Below, one piece after another: positions 1 to 10,926 of a stretch of DNA of 64,000 bases. The stretch covers positions 32,001-96,000 of the forward strand of contig CAWDRG010000006.1 of assembly GCA_963804645.1 (NCBI GenBank). The letters run 5' to 3'. Under the pieces are notes generated by a model, which was not told the DNA's origin, searched no databases, and saw only the letters and a list, made by a program, of their open reading frames with translations. The position numbers and the translations under genes are program-made. Origin of the DNA: an uncultured Bacillota bacterium (GTDB lineage Bacteria; Sysuimicrobiota; Sysuimicrobiia; Sysuimicrobiales; Segetimicrobiaceae). Numbering within the stretch: the stretch's first letter is position 1; each line of letters starts with the position of its first letter.

Positions 1-2187
1 CTCCGGCTCGGGCGCGATCCGAGCCCCGCGGAGCTCGGCATGTTCGGCGTTATGTGGAGCGAGCACTGCGCGTACAAGCACAGCAAGGCGGCGCTGCGGC
101 GGTTCCCCTCGCGCGGGCACGGACTGCTGCGCGGCCCGGGGGAGAACGCGGGCGCCGTGTCCGTCGGCGACGGGTGGGCGGCCGTCTTCAAGATGGAGAG
201 CCACAACCACCCGAGCGCCGTCGCCCCGTTCCACGGGGCCGCGACGGGCGTCGGCGGCATCATCCGCGACATCCTCGCGATGGGCGCGCGCCCGATGGCG
301 CTGCTCGACTCGCTCAGATTCGGGCCGCCCGAGGACCGCGCCGTGGCGCCGATCCTGCACGGGGTGATTGCGGGGATCGCGGCGTACGGCAACAGCATCG
401 GGGTGCCCACGGTCGGCGGCGAGCTCGTCTGCGCGCCGTGCTACCGGCGGAACCCGCTCGTCAACGTCGCGTGCCTCGGTTTGGTGCGCGAGGACCGGAT
501 CGCCACCTCCCGGGCGTCCGGGCCCGGCAACGCGGTCGTGTACGTGGGGGCGCGGACGGGACGCGACGGCATGCAGGGCGCGGCGTTCGCATCGGCCGAA
601 CTCGCGGGCGACCCGAAGGACCGCTCGGCGGTGCAGATGGGCGATCCGTTCGCGGGCAAGCTCTTGATCGAGGCGACGCTCGAGGCGCTCGGCACCGGGG
701 CCGTCGTCGCGGTGCAGGACATGGGCGCCGCGGGGCTCACGTGCGCGCTCTCCGAGATGTCGGCGAAGGGCGGCGTCGGGATGGACGTGGATCTCTCGCT
801 CGTCCCCCGCCGCGAGGACCGGATGACGCCCGAAGAGGTGCTGCTCTCGGAGTCGCAGGAGCGCATGCTGCTGGTTGTGCAGCAGGGCCGGGAAGACGAC
901 GTGCTCGGCATCGCGCGCACGTGGGGGCTGTCCGCGGCCGTGATCGGCCGCGTCGTCGAGCCGTCGGTGCTCACGGTGCGGGACGGGGACCGGATCGTCG
1001 CGCACCTGAACCCCCAGTACCTGACCGAGGCGCCCGAGTACGCGCCCGAGGCGGTGGAGCCCGCGTACCTCCAGGAGACCCGGCGTGTGGATCTGTCGGC
1101 GCTGCCGGCGATTCCGCCCTCCGACGCGCTCCTCAGACTGCTCGCCTCCCCCGCGATCGCGCGCAAGCGGTGGGTGTTCCGGCAGTACGACCACATGGTC
1201 CAGACGAACACGGTCGTGCCCCCGGGCGCGGACGCGGCGGTGCTACGGGTGCCGGACGCCGCGCCCCGGGGTCTCGCGCTCGCGGTCGACGGCAACGGCC
1301 GGGCCTGCTACCTCGACCCGCTCGTGGGCGCGATGTGTGCGGTGCTTGAGGCCGCGCAGAACCTGGCGTGCGTCGGGGCGACGCCGGCCGCGGTGACCGA
1401 CTGCCTCAACTTCGCGAATCCCGAGCGCCCGGAGGTGTTCTGGACGTTCCGGCAGGCGGTCGAGGGGATCGCCCGCGCGTGCGAGGCGCTCGACGTGCCG
1501 GTGATCGGCGGCAACGTGAGCTTCTACAACGAGAGCGGGGAAGCGATCTACCCCACGCCGATCGTCGCGATGCTGGGGCGCCTCGACGACGTCCGGCGGC
1601 ACGCGACGCCCGGATGGGTGCGCGACGGCGATCTGATCGTGCTGCTCGGCGGCGCGCCGGCGTGGCTGGACGGCAGCGAGTACCTCGCCACGCTCCACGG
1701 GATGACCGCGGGGCGGCTGCGCGAGCCGGATCTGCTCGGGGTCGCGCGCGTGATCCGCTGTACGCGCGAGGCGGTGGCCGCGGGCCTCGTGGGGAGCGCC
1801 CACGACTGCGCCGACGGCGGCATCGCGGTGGCGCTGGCCGAGTGCTGCCTGCTCGGCGAGCGCGGCGCCCGGGTGGCGCTGCGCGAGGAGGTCGCCGCCC
1901 GCCGGTGCGAGGCGCTGTTCGGCGAGGGGATCGGACGGATCATCGTCTCGCTGCGCCCGGAGTCGGTGCCGGCGCTGGTGGAGCTCGCCCGGCGGCTGTC
2001 GGTGCCCGTGCAGGTGATTGGGATCGTCGGCGGCGAGCGTCTGACGATCGGCACGGACGGGACTCTGGATCAGGCCGGCGGCGTGGGCCGGGTGGGGAAG
2101 CCGACCGAGGCCGGCGGCCCGTGGGTGGATGTGGCGCTCGACCATCTCCGAACGGCCTGGGAGCCGAGTGAGGACGTGGCGCGATGA
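1..2187 (+). CDS. purL: Phosphoribosylformylglycinamidine synthase subunit PurL (5'-truncated by window edge)
   Basis: Frame open from base 1; motifs [41 protein letters not shown]. Confidence 0.97.
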   Translation, partial: LRLGRDPSPAELGMFGVMWSEHCAYKHSKAALRRFPSRGHGLLRGPGENAGAVSVGDGWAAVFKMESHNHPSAVAPFHGAATGVGGIIRDILAMGARPMALLDSLRFGPPEDRAVAPILHGVIAGIAAYGNSIGVPTVGGELVCAPCYRRNPLVNVACLGLVREDRIATSRASGPGNAVVYVGARTGRDGMQGAAFASAELAGDPKDRSAVQMGDPFAGKLLIEATLEALGTGAVVAVQDMGAAGLTCALSEMSAKGGVGMDVDLSLVPRREDRMTPEEVLLSESQERMLLVVQQGREDDVLGIARTWGLSAAVIGRVVEPSVLTVRDGDRIVAHLNPQYLTEAPEYAPEAVEPAYLQETRRVDLSALPAIPPSDALLRLLASPAIARKRWVFRQYDHMVQTNTVVPPGADAAVLRVPDAAPRGLALAVDGNGRACYLDPLVGAMCAVLEAAQNLACVGATPAAVTDCLNFANPERPEVFWTFRQAVEGIARACEALDVPVIGGNVSFYNESGEAIYPTPIVAMLGRLDDVRRHATPGWVRDGDLIVLLGGAPAWLDGSEYLATLHGMTAGRLREPDLLGVARVIRCTREAVAAGLVGSAHDCADGGIAVALAECCLLGERGARVALREEVAARRCEALFGEGIGRIIVSLRPESVPALVELARRLSVPVQVIGIVGGERLTIGTDGTLDQAGGVGRVGKPTEAGGPWVDVALDHLRTAWEPSEDVAR

Positions 2188-3602
2188 TTCCGTGGGATAA
2201 GCTTCGCGAAGAATGCGGGGTGTTCGGCATCCGGACCCACGGGGTGCCGGCGGCCCCGTACGCCCACCTCGGGCTGTACGCGCTGCAGCACCGCGGCCAG
2301 GAGAGCGCGGGGATCGCGACATTCGACGGGCACGACACGCACCTCCACAAGGCGATGGGCCTCGTGGCGCAGGTGTTCTCGCCCGAGTCCCTCGCGGGGC
2401 TGACCGGGAGCATCGGGGTCGGCCACGTGCGGTACTCGACGATGGGCGGGGCGCGCCTGGAGAACGCCCAGCCGTTTCTCGAGCCGACGCGCTGGGGCAC
2501 CCTCGCGCTCGCGCACAACGGCAACCTGGTCAACGCGCCGATCCTGCGCGCGGAGCTCGAAGCGGGCGGCCACCGGTTTGCCGCGACGTCGGACACCGAG
2601 GTCATCACCAAGCTGATCGCGACGGCGCCGCTCGACACCCTGGAGGAGGCCGTCGCCTACTGCATGGCGCGGATCCAGGGCGCGTACACGGTCGTGGCGA
2701 TGGTCGGGGACCGCCTCCTGGCGTTCCGCGACGCGAACGGGATCCGTCCCCTCGAACTCGGGCGGCTCGGCGACGACGTCGTGTTCGCCTCCGAAACCTG
2801 CGCCTTCGACCACATCGGAGCCGAGCCGGTGCGCGAGGTCCGTCCGGGCGAGCTGCTCGTCGCGGACGAGAGCGGGCTGCGCGAGATCCACGTGCTGCCG
2901 ACGATCCAGCGCGCGTCGTGCGTGTTCGAGTACATCTACTTCGCGCGCCCGGACAGCGTCCTCGAGTCGCGCAGCGTCCATCACGTCCGACGCCGCATGG
3001 GGCGCGTGCTGGCGCGCGAGCATCCGGCGGCGGCGGACATCGTGATCGCCGTGCCCGACTCCGGGACGTCGGCCGCGATGGGATACGCCGAGGCCGCAGG
3101 GATCCCGCACGAAGTCGGGCTGATCAAGAACCGGTACATCGGCCGGACGTTCATTCAGCCCGACCCCGCGCTGCGGGACTTCGGCGTGCGCGTGAAGCTC
3201 AACCCGGTGGCCGACGTCATCGCCGGCCGCCACATCGTGCTGGTCGACGACTCGATCGTGCGGGGGACGACGAGCCGGCAGATCGTGCGCCTCTTGCGCC
3301 GCGCCGGCGCCCGCCAAGTGCACGTGCGCATCTCGTCGCCGCCGATCCGGAACGCCTGCTTCTACGGGATCGACACGAGCAACCGCGGGGAGCTCGTGGC
3401 GGCGCGCCTCGCGGTCGACGAGATCCGGGAAGAGATCGAGGCGGACAGCCTGGGCTATCTCAGCGTCGACGGGTTGGTCGAGGCGCTCGCGCTGCCGCGG
3501 CAGGACCTCTGCCTCGCGTGCCTGACCGGGCGGTACCCGACGGTGACGCCGACCGAGCTCACGGCGGGACGGTTCGCGCTCGAGGCGCCGCAGCGGCGAT
3601 GA
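2184..3602 (+). CDS. purF: Amidophosphoribosyltransferase
   Basis: EECGVFG N-terminus, [31 protein letters not shown] motif; ATGA overlap with purL. Confidence 0.97.
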   Translation: MIPWDKLREECGVFGIRTHGVPAAPYAHLGLYALQHRGQESAGIATFDGHDTHLHKAMGLVAQVFSPESLAGLTGSIGVGHVRYSTMGGARLENAQPFLEPTRWGTLALAHNGNLVNAPILRAELEAGGHRFAATSDTEVITKLIATAPLDTLEEAVAYCMARIQGAYTVVAMVGDRLLAFRDANGIRPLELGRLGDDVVFASETCAFDHIGAEPVREVRPGELLVADESGLREIHVLPTIQRASCVFEYIYFARPDSVLESRSVHHVRRRMGRVLAREHPAAADIVIAVPDSGTSAAMGYAEAAGIPHEVGLIKNRYIGRTFIQPDPALRDFGVRVKLNPVADVIAGRHIVLVDDSIVRGTTSRQIVRLLRRAGARQVHVRISSPPIRNACFYGIDTSNRGELVAARLAVDEIREEIEADSLGYLSVDGLVEALALPRQDLCLACLTGRYPTVTPTELTAGRFALEAPQRR

Positions 3603-4717
3603 CCCCCGTGCGCGGCGCGCGGCCGCTGCGGCTGCGGCGGACGCACGAGGCCCTCGGCGCCCCGCGCGGGAAGGCGGCACGCCGGATGACGTACCGGCTT
3701 GCCGGGGTCGACATCAGCGCCAAGGAGGCGATCCTCGCCGAAGCCGGCAGCCTGGTCCGGTCGACGTACCAGGACGGCGTCCTGAACGTCGGCGGCGAGT
3801 TCGCGGGGCTGTTCCGCCTCGGCCGCTACCGCGATCCCGTGCTGGTGAGCTCGGTCGACGGCGTCGGCACCAAGACGCTGCTCGCCGGGCTGCTCGACCG
3901 CTGGGACGTGATCGGCGCCGATATCGTGTCGCACGGCGCGAACGACGTGCTGTGCCACGGCGCCGCCCCGCTGTTCATGCTGGACTACGTGGCCTCGGAG
4001 CGCCTCGACGGCCGCGCCGTCACGGCGATCATCGAGGGGCTCGCCGCCGCGTGCCGCCGGATCGGGGTCGCGCTGCTCGGCGGGGAGACCGCGGAGATGC
4101 CGGGGATCTACCGGCCGCAGCAGATCGATGTGGTCGGGTGCACCGTCGGCGCCGTCGAGCGCGAGCGCCTGCTCACCGGGCGGGAGATCCAGCCGGGCGA
4201 TGCCGTGGTCGGGATCGCGAGCGACGGCCTCCACACGAACGGGTACTCGCTCGCCCGCGCCGTCCTGCTGCCGGCCGGCGGGACGGGGGCCGCGGCGCGC
4301 CGCGCGCTCGACCGCGTGCCGCCCGGCTTCTCCGAGCCGCTCGGCGACGTGCTGATGCGTCCGCACCGCTGCTACGCCCCGCCGGTGCTCGCTCTCCTCG
4401 AGCGCGTGCGGGTCCGGGGGATCGCCCACATCACGGGCGGCGGCATCGCCGGGAACCTGGTGCGCGTGCTGCCGCGGGGCTGCCGCGCCGTCGTCGCGCG
4501 GCGGTGGCCGGTGCCTCCGGTGTTCGCGCTGCTGCAGAGCCGGGGCGGGCTGACCGACGCCGAGATGTTTCGGACGTTCAACATGGGGATCGGCATGATG
4601 CTCGTCGTCGCGCGGGCGGACGCCGACGCGGCGGCGGCCGCCCTCGAGCGGTCGGGCGAGCAGGCGTGGGTGGTGGGGGAGATCCGGCGGGGGTCGCGGG
4701 GCGTCGAGATTGGCTAG
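3599..4717 (+). CDS. purM: Phosphoribosylaminoimidazole (AIR) synthetase; start may be 3686
   Basis: TYRLAGVDI, DGVGTK, GGETAEMPG, GLHTNGYSL, AHITGGG, RTFNMGIG. Confidence 0.95.
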   Translation: MTPVRGARPLRLRRTHEALGAPRGKAARRMTYRLAGVDISAKEAILAEAGSLVRSTYQDGVLNVGGEFAGLFRLGRYRDPVLVSSVDGVGTKTLLAGLLDRWDVIGADIVSHGANDVLCHGAAPLFMLDYVASERLDGRAVTAIIEGLAAACRRIGVALLGGETAEMPGIYRPQQIDVVGCTVGAVERERLLTGREIQPGDAVVGIASDGLHTNGYSLARAVLLPAGGTGAAARRALDRVPPGFSEPLGDVLMRPHRCYAPPVLALLERVRVRGIAHITGGGIAGNLVRVLPRGCRAVVARRWPVPPVFALLQSRGGLTDAEMFRTFNMGIGMMLVVARADADAAAAALERSGEQAWVVGEIRRGSRGVEIG

Positions 4718-5381
4718 CGCGCTGCGCGTCGGGGTGCTGGTCTCCGGCACGGGGACGACGCTGCAGGCCCTCATCGACGCGTGCCGGCGCGGCGAGGTGC
4801 CGGCCGAGATCGCGCTCGTCGCGAGCAACGTCCCGGGCGCGTACGCGCTCGAGCGCGCGCGCGGCGCCGGGATCCCGACCGTGGTGATCCCGCACCGCGG
4901 GTACGGCACGCCGGCGGCGTTCGAGGCCGCGCTGCGGGACGCGCTCACGGCGGCGCGGGTCGACCTCGTGTGTCTTGCGGGGTTTCTGCGGATCCTGTCG
5001 CCCACGTTTGTCGCGGCGTTCGCGGGCCGCCTGATCAACGTCCATCCGTCGCTGCTGCCGGCGTTCGGGGGCAAGGGGATGTACGGCGATCGCGTCCACG
5101 ACGCGGTGCTCAAGTCCGGCGCGCGCATCACGGGCTGCACGATCCATTTCGTGACGGACGTCCCGGACTCGGGGCCGATCATCGCGCAGGCCGCCGTGCC
5201 GGTCGAGGACGACGACACGACCGCGTCGCTCGCGGCGCGGGTGCGGCGGGAGGAGCTGCGGCTGTACCCCGACGCGGTGCGCCTCTTCGCCGAGGACCGC
5301 CTCCGGATCGAAGGCAACCGCGTGCGGATCCTCGAGGCCCGCACGTCCTCGGGCGCGCGTCAGACCCCGGGGCGTTCGTGA
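4710..5381 (+). CDS. purN: Phosphoribosylglycinamide formyltransferase
   Basis: VLVSGTGTTLQA, LAGFLRIL, NVHPSLLPAF, GCTIHFV, DSGPII. Confidence 0.96.
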   Translation: MASALRVGVLVSGTGTTLQALIDACRRGEVPAEIALVASNVPGAYALERARGAGIPTVVIPHRGYGTPAAFEAALRDALTAARVDLVCLAGFLRILSPTFVAAFAGRLINVHPSLLPAFGGKGMYGDRVHDAVLKSGARITGCTIHFVTDVPDSGPIIAQAAVPVEDDDTTASLAARVRREELRLYPDAVRLFAEDRLRIEGNRVRILEARTSSGARQTPGRS

Positions 5382-5427
5382 CCGGGGATTCCGGCCGCGG
5401 GCGCGGCCAGTCAAGCGAGGCGGGGCG

Positions 5428-6960
5428 ATGAACGTCAAGCGTGCACTGCTGAGCGTGGCCGACAAGCGCGGCATCGTCGAGTTCGCCGCGGGCCTGGCGG
5501 CGCTCGGGGCGGAGATCATTTCGACGGGCGGCACCGCGGCGGCCCTGCAGGCGGCCGAGGTGCCGGTGACCCCGCTCGCGGACGTGACCGGATTTCCGGA
5601 GATCCTCGGCGGGCGGGTCAAGACGCTGCATCCCGCGGTGCACGGCGGGCTGCTGGCCGTGCGCGGTGACGCCGCGCACGACGCGGATCTCGCGCGGCAC
5701 GCCATCCGTCCAATCGACCTGGTCGCCGTTACCCTGTATCCGTTCGAGGCGGCGCTCGCCCGCGGCGCGGGGCGCCCCGAGATGATCGAGGAGATCGACA
5801 TCGGGGGCGTGACGCTGCTGCGCGCGGCCGCGAAGAACGCCGATGGGGTCGCCGTCCTCAGCGATCCGGCGCAGTACGGCCCGGTCCTCGACGAGTTGCG
5901 CGAGACCGGGACCCTCGGGGACGAGACCCGGCGGCGGCTCGCGGCCGGCGCGTTCGCGCGCACGAGCGCCTACGATGCCGCGATCGCGCGGTACCTCGGC
6001 GGGGACGCGTTTCCGGAGCGGCTGGCGCTCGGGTTCGAGAAGGTCCAGGACTGCCGGTACGGGGAGAACCCGCATCAGCGCGGGGCGTTTTATCGTGAGC
6101 CCGGCGTCCGCGCCCCGTCGGTCGCCACGGCCCGGCAGCTCGGCGGGAAGGAACTGTCGTACAACAACATCTATGATCTCGACGCGGCCCTCGAGTTGGT
6201 GCGCGAGTTCCGCGATCCGACCGCGGTCGTCGTGAAGCACGGCATCCCGTGCGGCGTCGGCACCGGGGACGTGCTGCGCACCGCGTACCTGAACGCGCGC
6301 GAGGGCGACCCGATGTCCGCGTTCGGCGGGATCGTGGCGGTGAACCGCCCGGTCGACGCGGCGACGGCCGAGGCGCTGACGGAGACCTTTCTGGAGGCGG
6401 TAATCGCGCCCGGGTACGACGACGCGGCGCTCGCCGTGCTCGCCCGCAAGAAGAACTTGAGAGTCATGGAGGTCGGGCCACTCGATCGCACGGCGGAGCC
6501 CTGGGGGTTGGACCTGCGCCGCGTGCGGGGCGGCCTGCTGGTCCAGGACCGCGACCTGCTGGATCTCGACGAGTCGTTCCTGAAGGTCGTGACGTCCCGC
6601 GCGCCGACGCCGACCGAGTGGGCCGATCTCCGGTTTGCGTGGACGGTGTGCCGGTACGTCCGGTCGAACGCGATCGTGCTGGCGCGCGACCGCCAGGTCG
6701 TCGGCGTCGGCTCGGGCCAGATGAACCGGGTCGAGCCCGTCCGCCTCGCCACCAAACAGGCCGGCGATCGGGCTCGCGGGGCCGCGATGGCGTCGGAGGC
6801 GTTCTTCCCGTTTCCGGACGCGGTCGAAGTCGCGATCGCGGCGGGGGTGACCGCCGTCATGCACCCCGGCGGGTCGCTGCGGGACGCCGAGGTCGCCGCG
6901 GCCGCCGAGGCCGCGGGCATCGCGATGGTCACGACCGGGATCCGGCACTTCCGGCATTGA
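5428..6960 (+). CDS. purH: Bifunctional AICAR transformylase/IMP cyclohydrolase
   Basis: RALLSV, GRVKTLHP, RYGENPHQ, LSYNN, ends TGIRHFRH. Confidence 0.97.
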   Translation: MNVKRALLSVADKRGIVEFAAGLAALGAEIISTGGTAAALQAAEVPVTPLADVTGFPEILGGRVKTLHPAVHGGLLAVRGDAAHDADLARHAIRPIDLVAVTLYPFEAALARGAGRPEMIEEIDIGGVTLLRAAAKNADGVAVLSDPAQYGPVLDELRETGTLGDETRRRLAAGAFARTSAYDAAIARYLGGDAFPERLALGFEKVQDCRYGENPHQRGAFYREPGVRAPSVATARQLGGKELSYNNIYDLDAALELVREFRDPTAVVVKHGIPCGVGTGDVLRTAYLNAREGDPMSAFGGIVAVNRPVDAATAEALTETFLEAVIAPGYDDAALAVLARKKNLRVMEVGPLDRTAEPWGLDLRRVRGGLLVQDRDLLDLDESFLKVVTSRAPTPTEWADLRFAWTVCRYVRSNAIVLARDRQVVGVGSGQMNRVEPVRLATKQAGDRARGAAMASEAFFPFPDAVEVAIAAGVTAVMHPGGSLRDAEVAAAAEAAGIAMVTTGIRHFRH

Positions 6961-6979
6961 CCCCGGACGGTGTGCGCGC

Positions 6980-7906
6980 GTGGTGACCGTGACCGCCCGC
7001 GCGCTGATCGTCGCCGCCGGCGTGGGACGGCGGCTCGGTTCCCACACCCGGCGGCGCCCCAAGCCGCTGATCTACGTCGCGGGACGGCCGATCCTGGCCC
7101 ACCTGCTGGACCCGCTCCCCGCGGTCGGGATCACGGACGTGGTCGTTGTGGTCGGATATCTCCGCGAGCAGATCGAGGCGTACCTGCGCGCGCGGCCGGG
7201 GCCGCCGGCGCGGGTGGTCGTGCAGGAGGAGGCGCTCGGGAACGGGCACGCAGTGTACGCCGCGCGCGAGTGGCTGCGCGGCCCGCTCCTGATCCAATTC
7301 GGAGACACGATCCCGGCGCTGGACCTGTCCGGACTGATCGCGCAGCCGACGGCGGCGATCGGCGTGACCGAAGTGCAAGACCCGAGCGGCTACGGGATCG
7401 TCGACGTGGACGCCGGAGGCCGCGCGCGGCGGCTCTGGGAGAAGCCGGCGCATCCGCCGTCCAATCTCGCGGTCGCGGGGACGTTCTACTTTCCCGACGC
7501 CGCGCCCCTCGGCGAGGCGCTTGACCTCATGATTCGGACCGGCGCGTCGCGCGACGGCGAGTTCTGGCTGACCGATGCGGTGCAGGCGGTCATCGAGCGG
7601 GGCGGCGCGGTGCGGACGTTTCCGGTGGAGCGGTTCTACGACTGCGGGACAGTCGATCGGGTGCTCGTCGCCAATCGCGAGCTGCTGGACGCGAGCGGGT
7701 CGACCGCGAGCGTCCCGGGATCCACGGTCGTCCCGCCGTGCGCGATCGATCCTCGGGCCGTGATCCGCGACGCCTGGATCGGTCCCCACGTGACCGTGAC
7801 GGCCGGCGCGCGGATTTCCCGCGCGCGCGTGCGCGACGCGATCGTGCACCCCGGCGCCGTGGTGGAGAACGCCGACGTGACGCACGCGATCATCGACGAG
7901 CCGTAG
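6980..7906 (+). CDS. Sugar-phosphate nucleotidyltransferase (glucose-1-phosphate thymidylyltransferase-like)
   Basis: AAGVGRRL...RPKPL signature, EKP, GEFWLTDA, C-terminal hexapeptide-like region. Confidence 0.85.
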   Translation: MVTVTARALIVAAGVGRRLGSHTRRRPKPLIYVAGRPILAHLLDPLPAVGITDVVVVVGYLREQIEAYLRARPGPPARVVVQEEALGNGHAVYAAREWLRGPLLIQFGDTIPALDLSGLIAQPTAAIGVTEVQDPSGYGIVDVDAGGRARRLWEKPAHPPSNLAVAGTFYFPDAAPLGEALDLMIRTGASRDGEFWLTDAVQAVIERGGAVRTFPVERFYDCGTVDRVLVANRELLDASGSTASVPGSTVVPPCAIDPRAVIRDAWIGPHVTVTAGARISRARVRDAIVHPGAVVENADVTHAIIDEP

Positions 7907-7909
7907 CGG

Positions 7910-8614
7910 CTATCGCAGGGGGCGGAGCGCGCGCTTGAACATGGAGCGGAGCGGCAGGACGCGCGCGACCGTGCGCGCGCGATCGTAGTGAGATAGCGCG
8001 GCCAGCACGAGGACGTCCCGGAGGGATTTCTTCGCGGCCGAGGACTTGGTCGCGTACACGATCGAGTCCACGATGCCGAGTGCCGAGTACTGCGGGTCCC
8101 CGAACACCTTGCGGACGACCCGGGGCAGGTCGCCCTGGGTCGCGTCGTGGAATGCGACCACGCCGCCGTCGACCACCCACGGGGTGAACAGCGCGGCGTC
8201 CTGCAGCGCGCCCGCGTACGAGTGGTCGCCGTCGATCCACAGCAGGGCGATCGGCCGGGTCCAGCGGGCGCCGACGGCCGCGGAGAACTCGGGGATCTGG
8301 GTCACGAGATCGGCGACGCCGGCGCGCGCGATATTCTGCTCGAAAACCGGCAGGGTCGACGCACCCTCGTGGTGGGCGGCCTGGGTGTCCGTCTCGTGGG
8401 GATCGATCGCCGAGATCGGGATGCGCCGTCCCGCCTTCGAGCCCAGTCCGAGGCAGACCGTGGACTTTCCTTTGAACGAGCCGATCTCGACGATCTCGCC
8501 GGGGACGGCGCACGAGTGCGCGGCATGGTAGAGGAACGCCGCCTCTCGATCGGTGAGCCATCCCTCCACCGCATCGATCTGCGACTTGATCGAGTGATCC
8601 AGCGCGTCGGTCAT
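7910..8614 (-). CDS. Class I SAM-dependent methyltransferase (Methyltransf_24-like)
   Basis: VEIGSFKGKST, IDGDHSY, GGVVAFHD; extended -10 TGaTATAAT on minus strand at 8701-8709. Confidence 0.85.
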   Translation of the reverse strand: MTDALDHSIKSQIDAVEGWLTDREAAFLYHAAHSCAVPGEIVEIGSFKGKSTVCLGLGSKAGRRIPISAIDPHETDTQAAHHEGASTLPVFEQNIARAGVADLVTQIPEFSAAVGARWTRPIALLWIDGDHSYAGALQDAALFTPWVVDGGVVAFHDATQGDLPRVVRKVFGDPQYSALGIVDSIVYATKSSAAKKSLRDVLVLAALSHYDRARTVARVLPLRSMFKRALRPLR

Positions 8615-8946
8615 GCCAGCCACGGCCGTCGGGACACCCCTCGATGGCGATCGTTTGCAGCGTATCGGTGTCCGCTTCGGCGCGCACCGACACGTTCCCG
8701 ATTATATCAGGTGCCCGCGGGAGGCGGATTGACCGCGCGCCTCGACGGGCCCTTCGGAACCGGCTGCGCCGTGGGTGCGCGTTGAGGGCACCCGCGGCCG
8801 GCTGTGGGGTCATAACAGGTTGGATCAGTTGGATCAGTCAGCGATTTCGCAAAGGACCAGTAGCAAGTGACAGGCGCGCTCAATAGAATCAGCGGCGTTT
8901 CGTCAGATCGCCTGCCGCACGGCATTTTTGCATTTGCGGACGCGGC

Positions 8947-8975
8947 TTGCATTCCAACGAATCTTGTGCTATTAT
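8947..8975 (+). promoter_or_regulatory. IS-internal sigma70-type promoter for the small ORF
   Basis: TTGCAT-17 bp-TATTAT with TG extension; similar TTGCAT...TGCTA segment in copy 2 at 40012-40040. Confidence 0.55.
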
Positions 8976-8985
8976 ATTAAACAAG

Positions 8986-9375
8986 ATGACTCGAGGACGG
9001 CTGCGACTCGATTACAAGGCGCCGCAGGGCGAGGAGGCCGCGCGCCTGCGCCAGCGGAAGCGCGCCTTGGTCCAGCGGCAGTGTCACCTGCCCGAGACCC
9101 TCGACACCATGTTGCCCGGGTCCCTGACCTTGAGCCATGTGCGGTGCGGAAAACCGAACTGTCACTGTGCGACGGGCGACGGCCATCCCAACTGGACGCT
9201 CGGGTATATGCTCGACCGGAAGCCCCGCGTCCAGCACATCCCGCGCGCGTGGGCAGACGACATTCGGGCACGGGTGGACGCGGGGCGGGCATTTCAAGAT
9301 GCCGTGCGCGAGGTGTTGGCGACCAACGTGCAGTTGCTCGTCCTGGCGCGCAAGCAACGGCGGAAGGCCCCGTAG
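8986..9375 (+). CDS. IS accessory protein with CGKxxCHC motif (DUF6788-like)
   Basis: LPGSL...RCGKPNCHC..GDGHP.W.L; clear homolog at 40062-40451. Confidence 0.75.
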   Translation: MTRGRLRLDYKAPQGEEAARLRQRKRALVQRQCHLPETLDTMLPGSLTLSHVRCGKPNCHCATGDGHPNWTLGYMLDRKPRVQHIPRAWADDIRARVDAGRAFQDAVREVLATNVQLLVLARKQRRKAP

Positions 9376-9377
9376 CG

Positions 9378-10637
9378 GTGGGGCGGCACGAGATCGAGGC
9401 CTACGTCGAGAAAATCTTCGATTGGTCGGCGCTGCTGACCCGTCTGCCGGACGGGCGACGGCACCCGCAGCACTCGTGCCAGAAGGTCTTCGCCGCGGTG
9501 TTCTGGGGCGCGGTTGGGCGGATCCCGAGCTTCCATCAGTTGGAGTATGAGTGCAGAGCCGGGGGGCTGCGTCATCGCATTGGGCCGCTCAGTGAGGACA
9601 CGCTGCGCTACACCCTCGAGCGCGTGGCGCCTGAGGCAGTGTTCGCGCTGGGCTGCGAAGTCGCGCGACGGCTGAAGCGCAATGGGGTCCTGCGCACGGA
9701 TGCCGCGCAAGGCTTGATCGTGGCCGCAGTGGACGGGATCGAGCTTTGTCAGTCCTACGTCCGCTGCTGCGACAGGTGTCTGGAGCGGATGGTAGACCGC
9801 CTGGTCGATGGCGTGCAGCAGACGGCCGTGCAATATTATCACCGCATGGTGGCCGTCGTCATTGTGAGCACCGCGTTTCCGATTCCGCTGGGGATTCGCT
9901 TTCAGGCGCCGGGCGAAGGCGAAGTCCCGTGTGCGCATGCGCTGCTGGAGGAGCTCGTGGAGCGGCTGGGCCGGCGGTTCGTGGACGTGCTGGTGGGGGA
10001 TGCGCTCTATCTGGGCAAACCGTTCATCGACGCCATCGAAGCGCTCGGGCTCGATTGGGTGTGCAACATTAAAGACAATCAGGCCGAGTTGCTGGCGGAA
10101 CTGGAGCGCCGGGTGACGGGGGTGACGCCGGGCGAGGTGCGCACACCTGACGCCGCGACGCAGTGCTGGCATGTCCCCGATGTCTCATGGTTGGCGGGAG
10201 ACCGGTCCGTGCGCTGCCTCAAGGAGGTGCGGCAGGAGGCGCAGACGCGGCTGCGGGTCGAGGGCGAAGGGGGGCACCGGACGCGGCGCAAAACGGTGGT
10301 GTGGGAAGAGAGCATGAACCTGTACGCGAGCAACCTTGATGTGCTGGCGTGTTCCCCAACGGGGCTGGCGGCGCTGGGGCGCTCGCGGTGGCGCATTGAT
10401 ACTGAAGTCTTCCAGACGCTGACGAAAGAGTGCCAGCTCAAGCATCCGGCGGTGCACCAGCAGCACGATCAAGCCTTCATGGTGCTCACCATGATTCGCA
10501 TTCTGGCCTATACGCTGCTGCTGGTCTTCTTTCATCGCCAGGTGCTGAGTCACGCCCGCCACACGCCGCCGACTCTCTGCCAGGTTGCGACCCAAGTCGT
10601 CCCAGCGTTCGCCCAGGTGCACCCCGACTCGAGTTGA
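9378..10637 (+). CDS. DDE transposase (IS4/ISAs1-like RNase H fold)
   Basis: AAVDG, VGDALY, RSRWRIDTEVF catalytic-type motifs; lies within the IRs. Confidence 0.85.
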   Translation: MGRHEIEAYVEKIFDWSALLTRLPDGRRHPQHSCQKVFAAVFWGAVGRIPSFHQLEYECRAGGLRHRIGPLSEDTLRYTLERVAPEAVFALGCEVARRLKRNGVLRTDAAQGLIVAAVDGIELCQSYVRCCDRCLERMVDRLVDGVQQTAVQYYHRMVAVVIVSTAFPIPLGIRFQAPGEGEVPCAHALLEELVERLGRRFVDVLVGDALYLGKPFIDAIEALGLDWVCNIKDNQAELLAELERRVTGVTPGEVRTPDAATQCWHVPDVSWLAGDRSVRCLKEVRQEAQTRLRVEGEGGHRTRRKTVVWEESMNLYASNLDVLACSPTGLAALGRSRWRIDTEVFQTLTKECQLKHPAVHQQHDQAFMVLTMIRILAYTLLLVFFHRQVLSHARHTPPTLCQVATQVVPAFAQVHPDSS

Positions 10638-10850
10638 CCGGCAGCGCCGGGATGCCCATGGTCCGGAGTCGCGACTCGGACTCTTCGGTCCTCTCTCCGT
10701 CATCAGGTCCCACCGTTCCCGTTCGCTCACTCGTGCAGCTGCGAATCTACCGCAAGACTGTTCGATCGGCTTGTATGCCGCCCCGAGACCAGCAGGCGTC
10801 TGGCTTCCCCCTGTCCATTTGCGAAATCGCTGTTGGATCAGTGGAAGCGC

Positions 10851-10878
10851 TTGACATTGTGCAAGGATCGGGTATACT
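10851..10878 (+). promoter_or_regulatory. sigma70-type promoter
   Basis: TTGACA (10851-10856), 16 bp, TATACT (10873-10878). Confidence 0.75.
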
Positions 10879-10926
10879 GATGAAGACAGGATTCTGACCA
10901 GGCAAGTCCAATGGGGGACTGTCAAG

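Larger units (their letters stand above)
8839..10832 (+). mobile_element. Two-gene insertion sequence, family 1 copy 1 (small Cys/His ORF plus DDE transposase)
   Basis: Perfect 15-bp terminal inverted repeat CAGCGATTTCGCAAA (8839-8853 / 10818-10832); 10-bp direct repeat TTGGATCAGT at 8829-8838 and 10833-10842. Confidence 0.92.

Noticed and set aside
6960..6980. Absence of purD after purH
   Set aside because: purD is often located elsewhere; this cannot be judged from one window.
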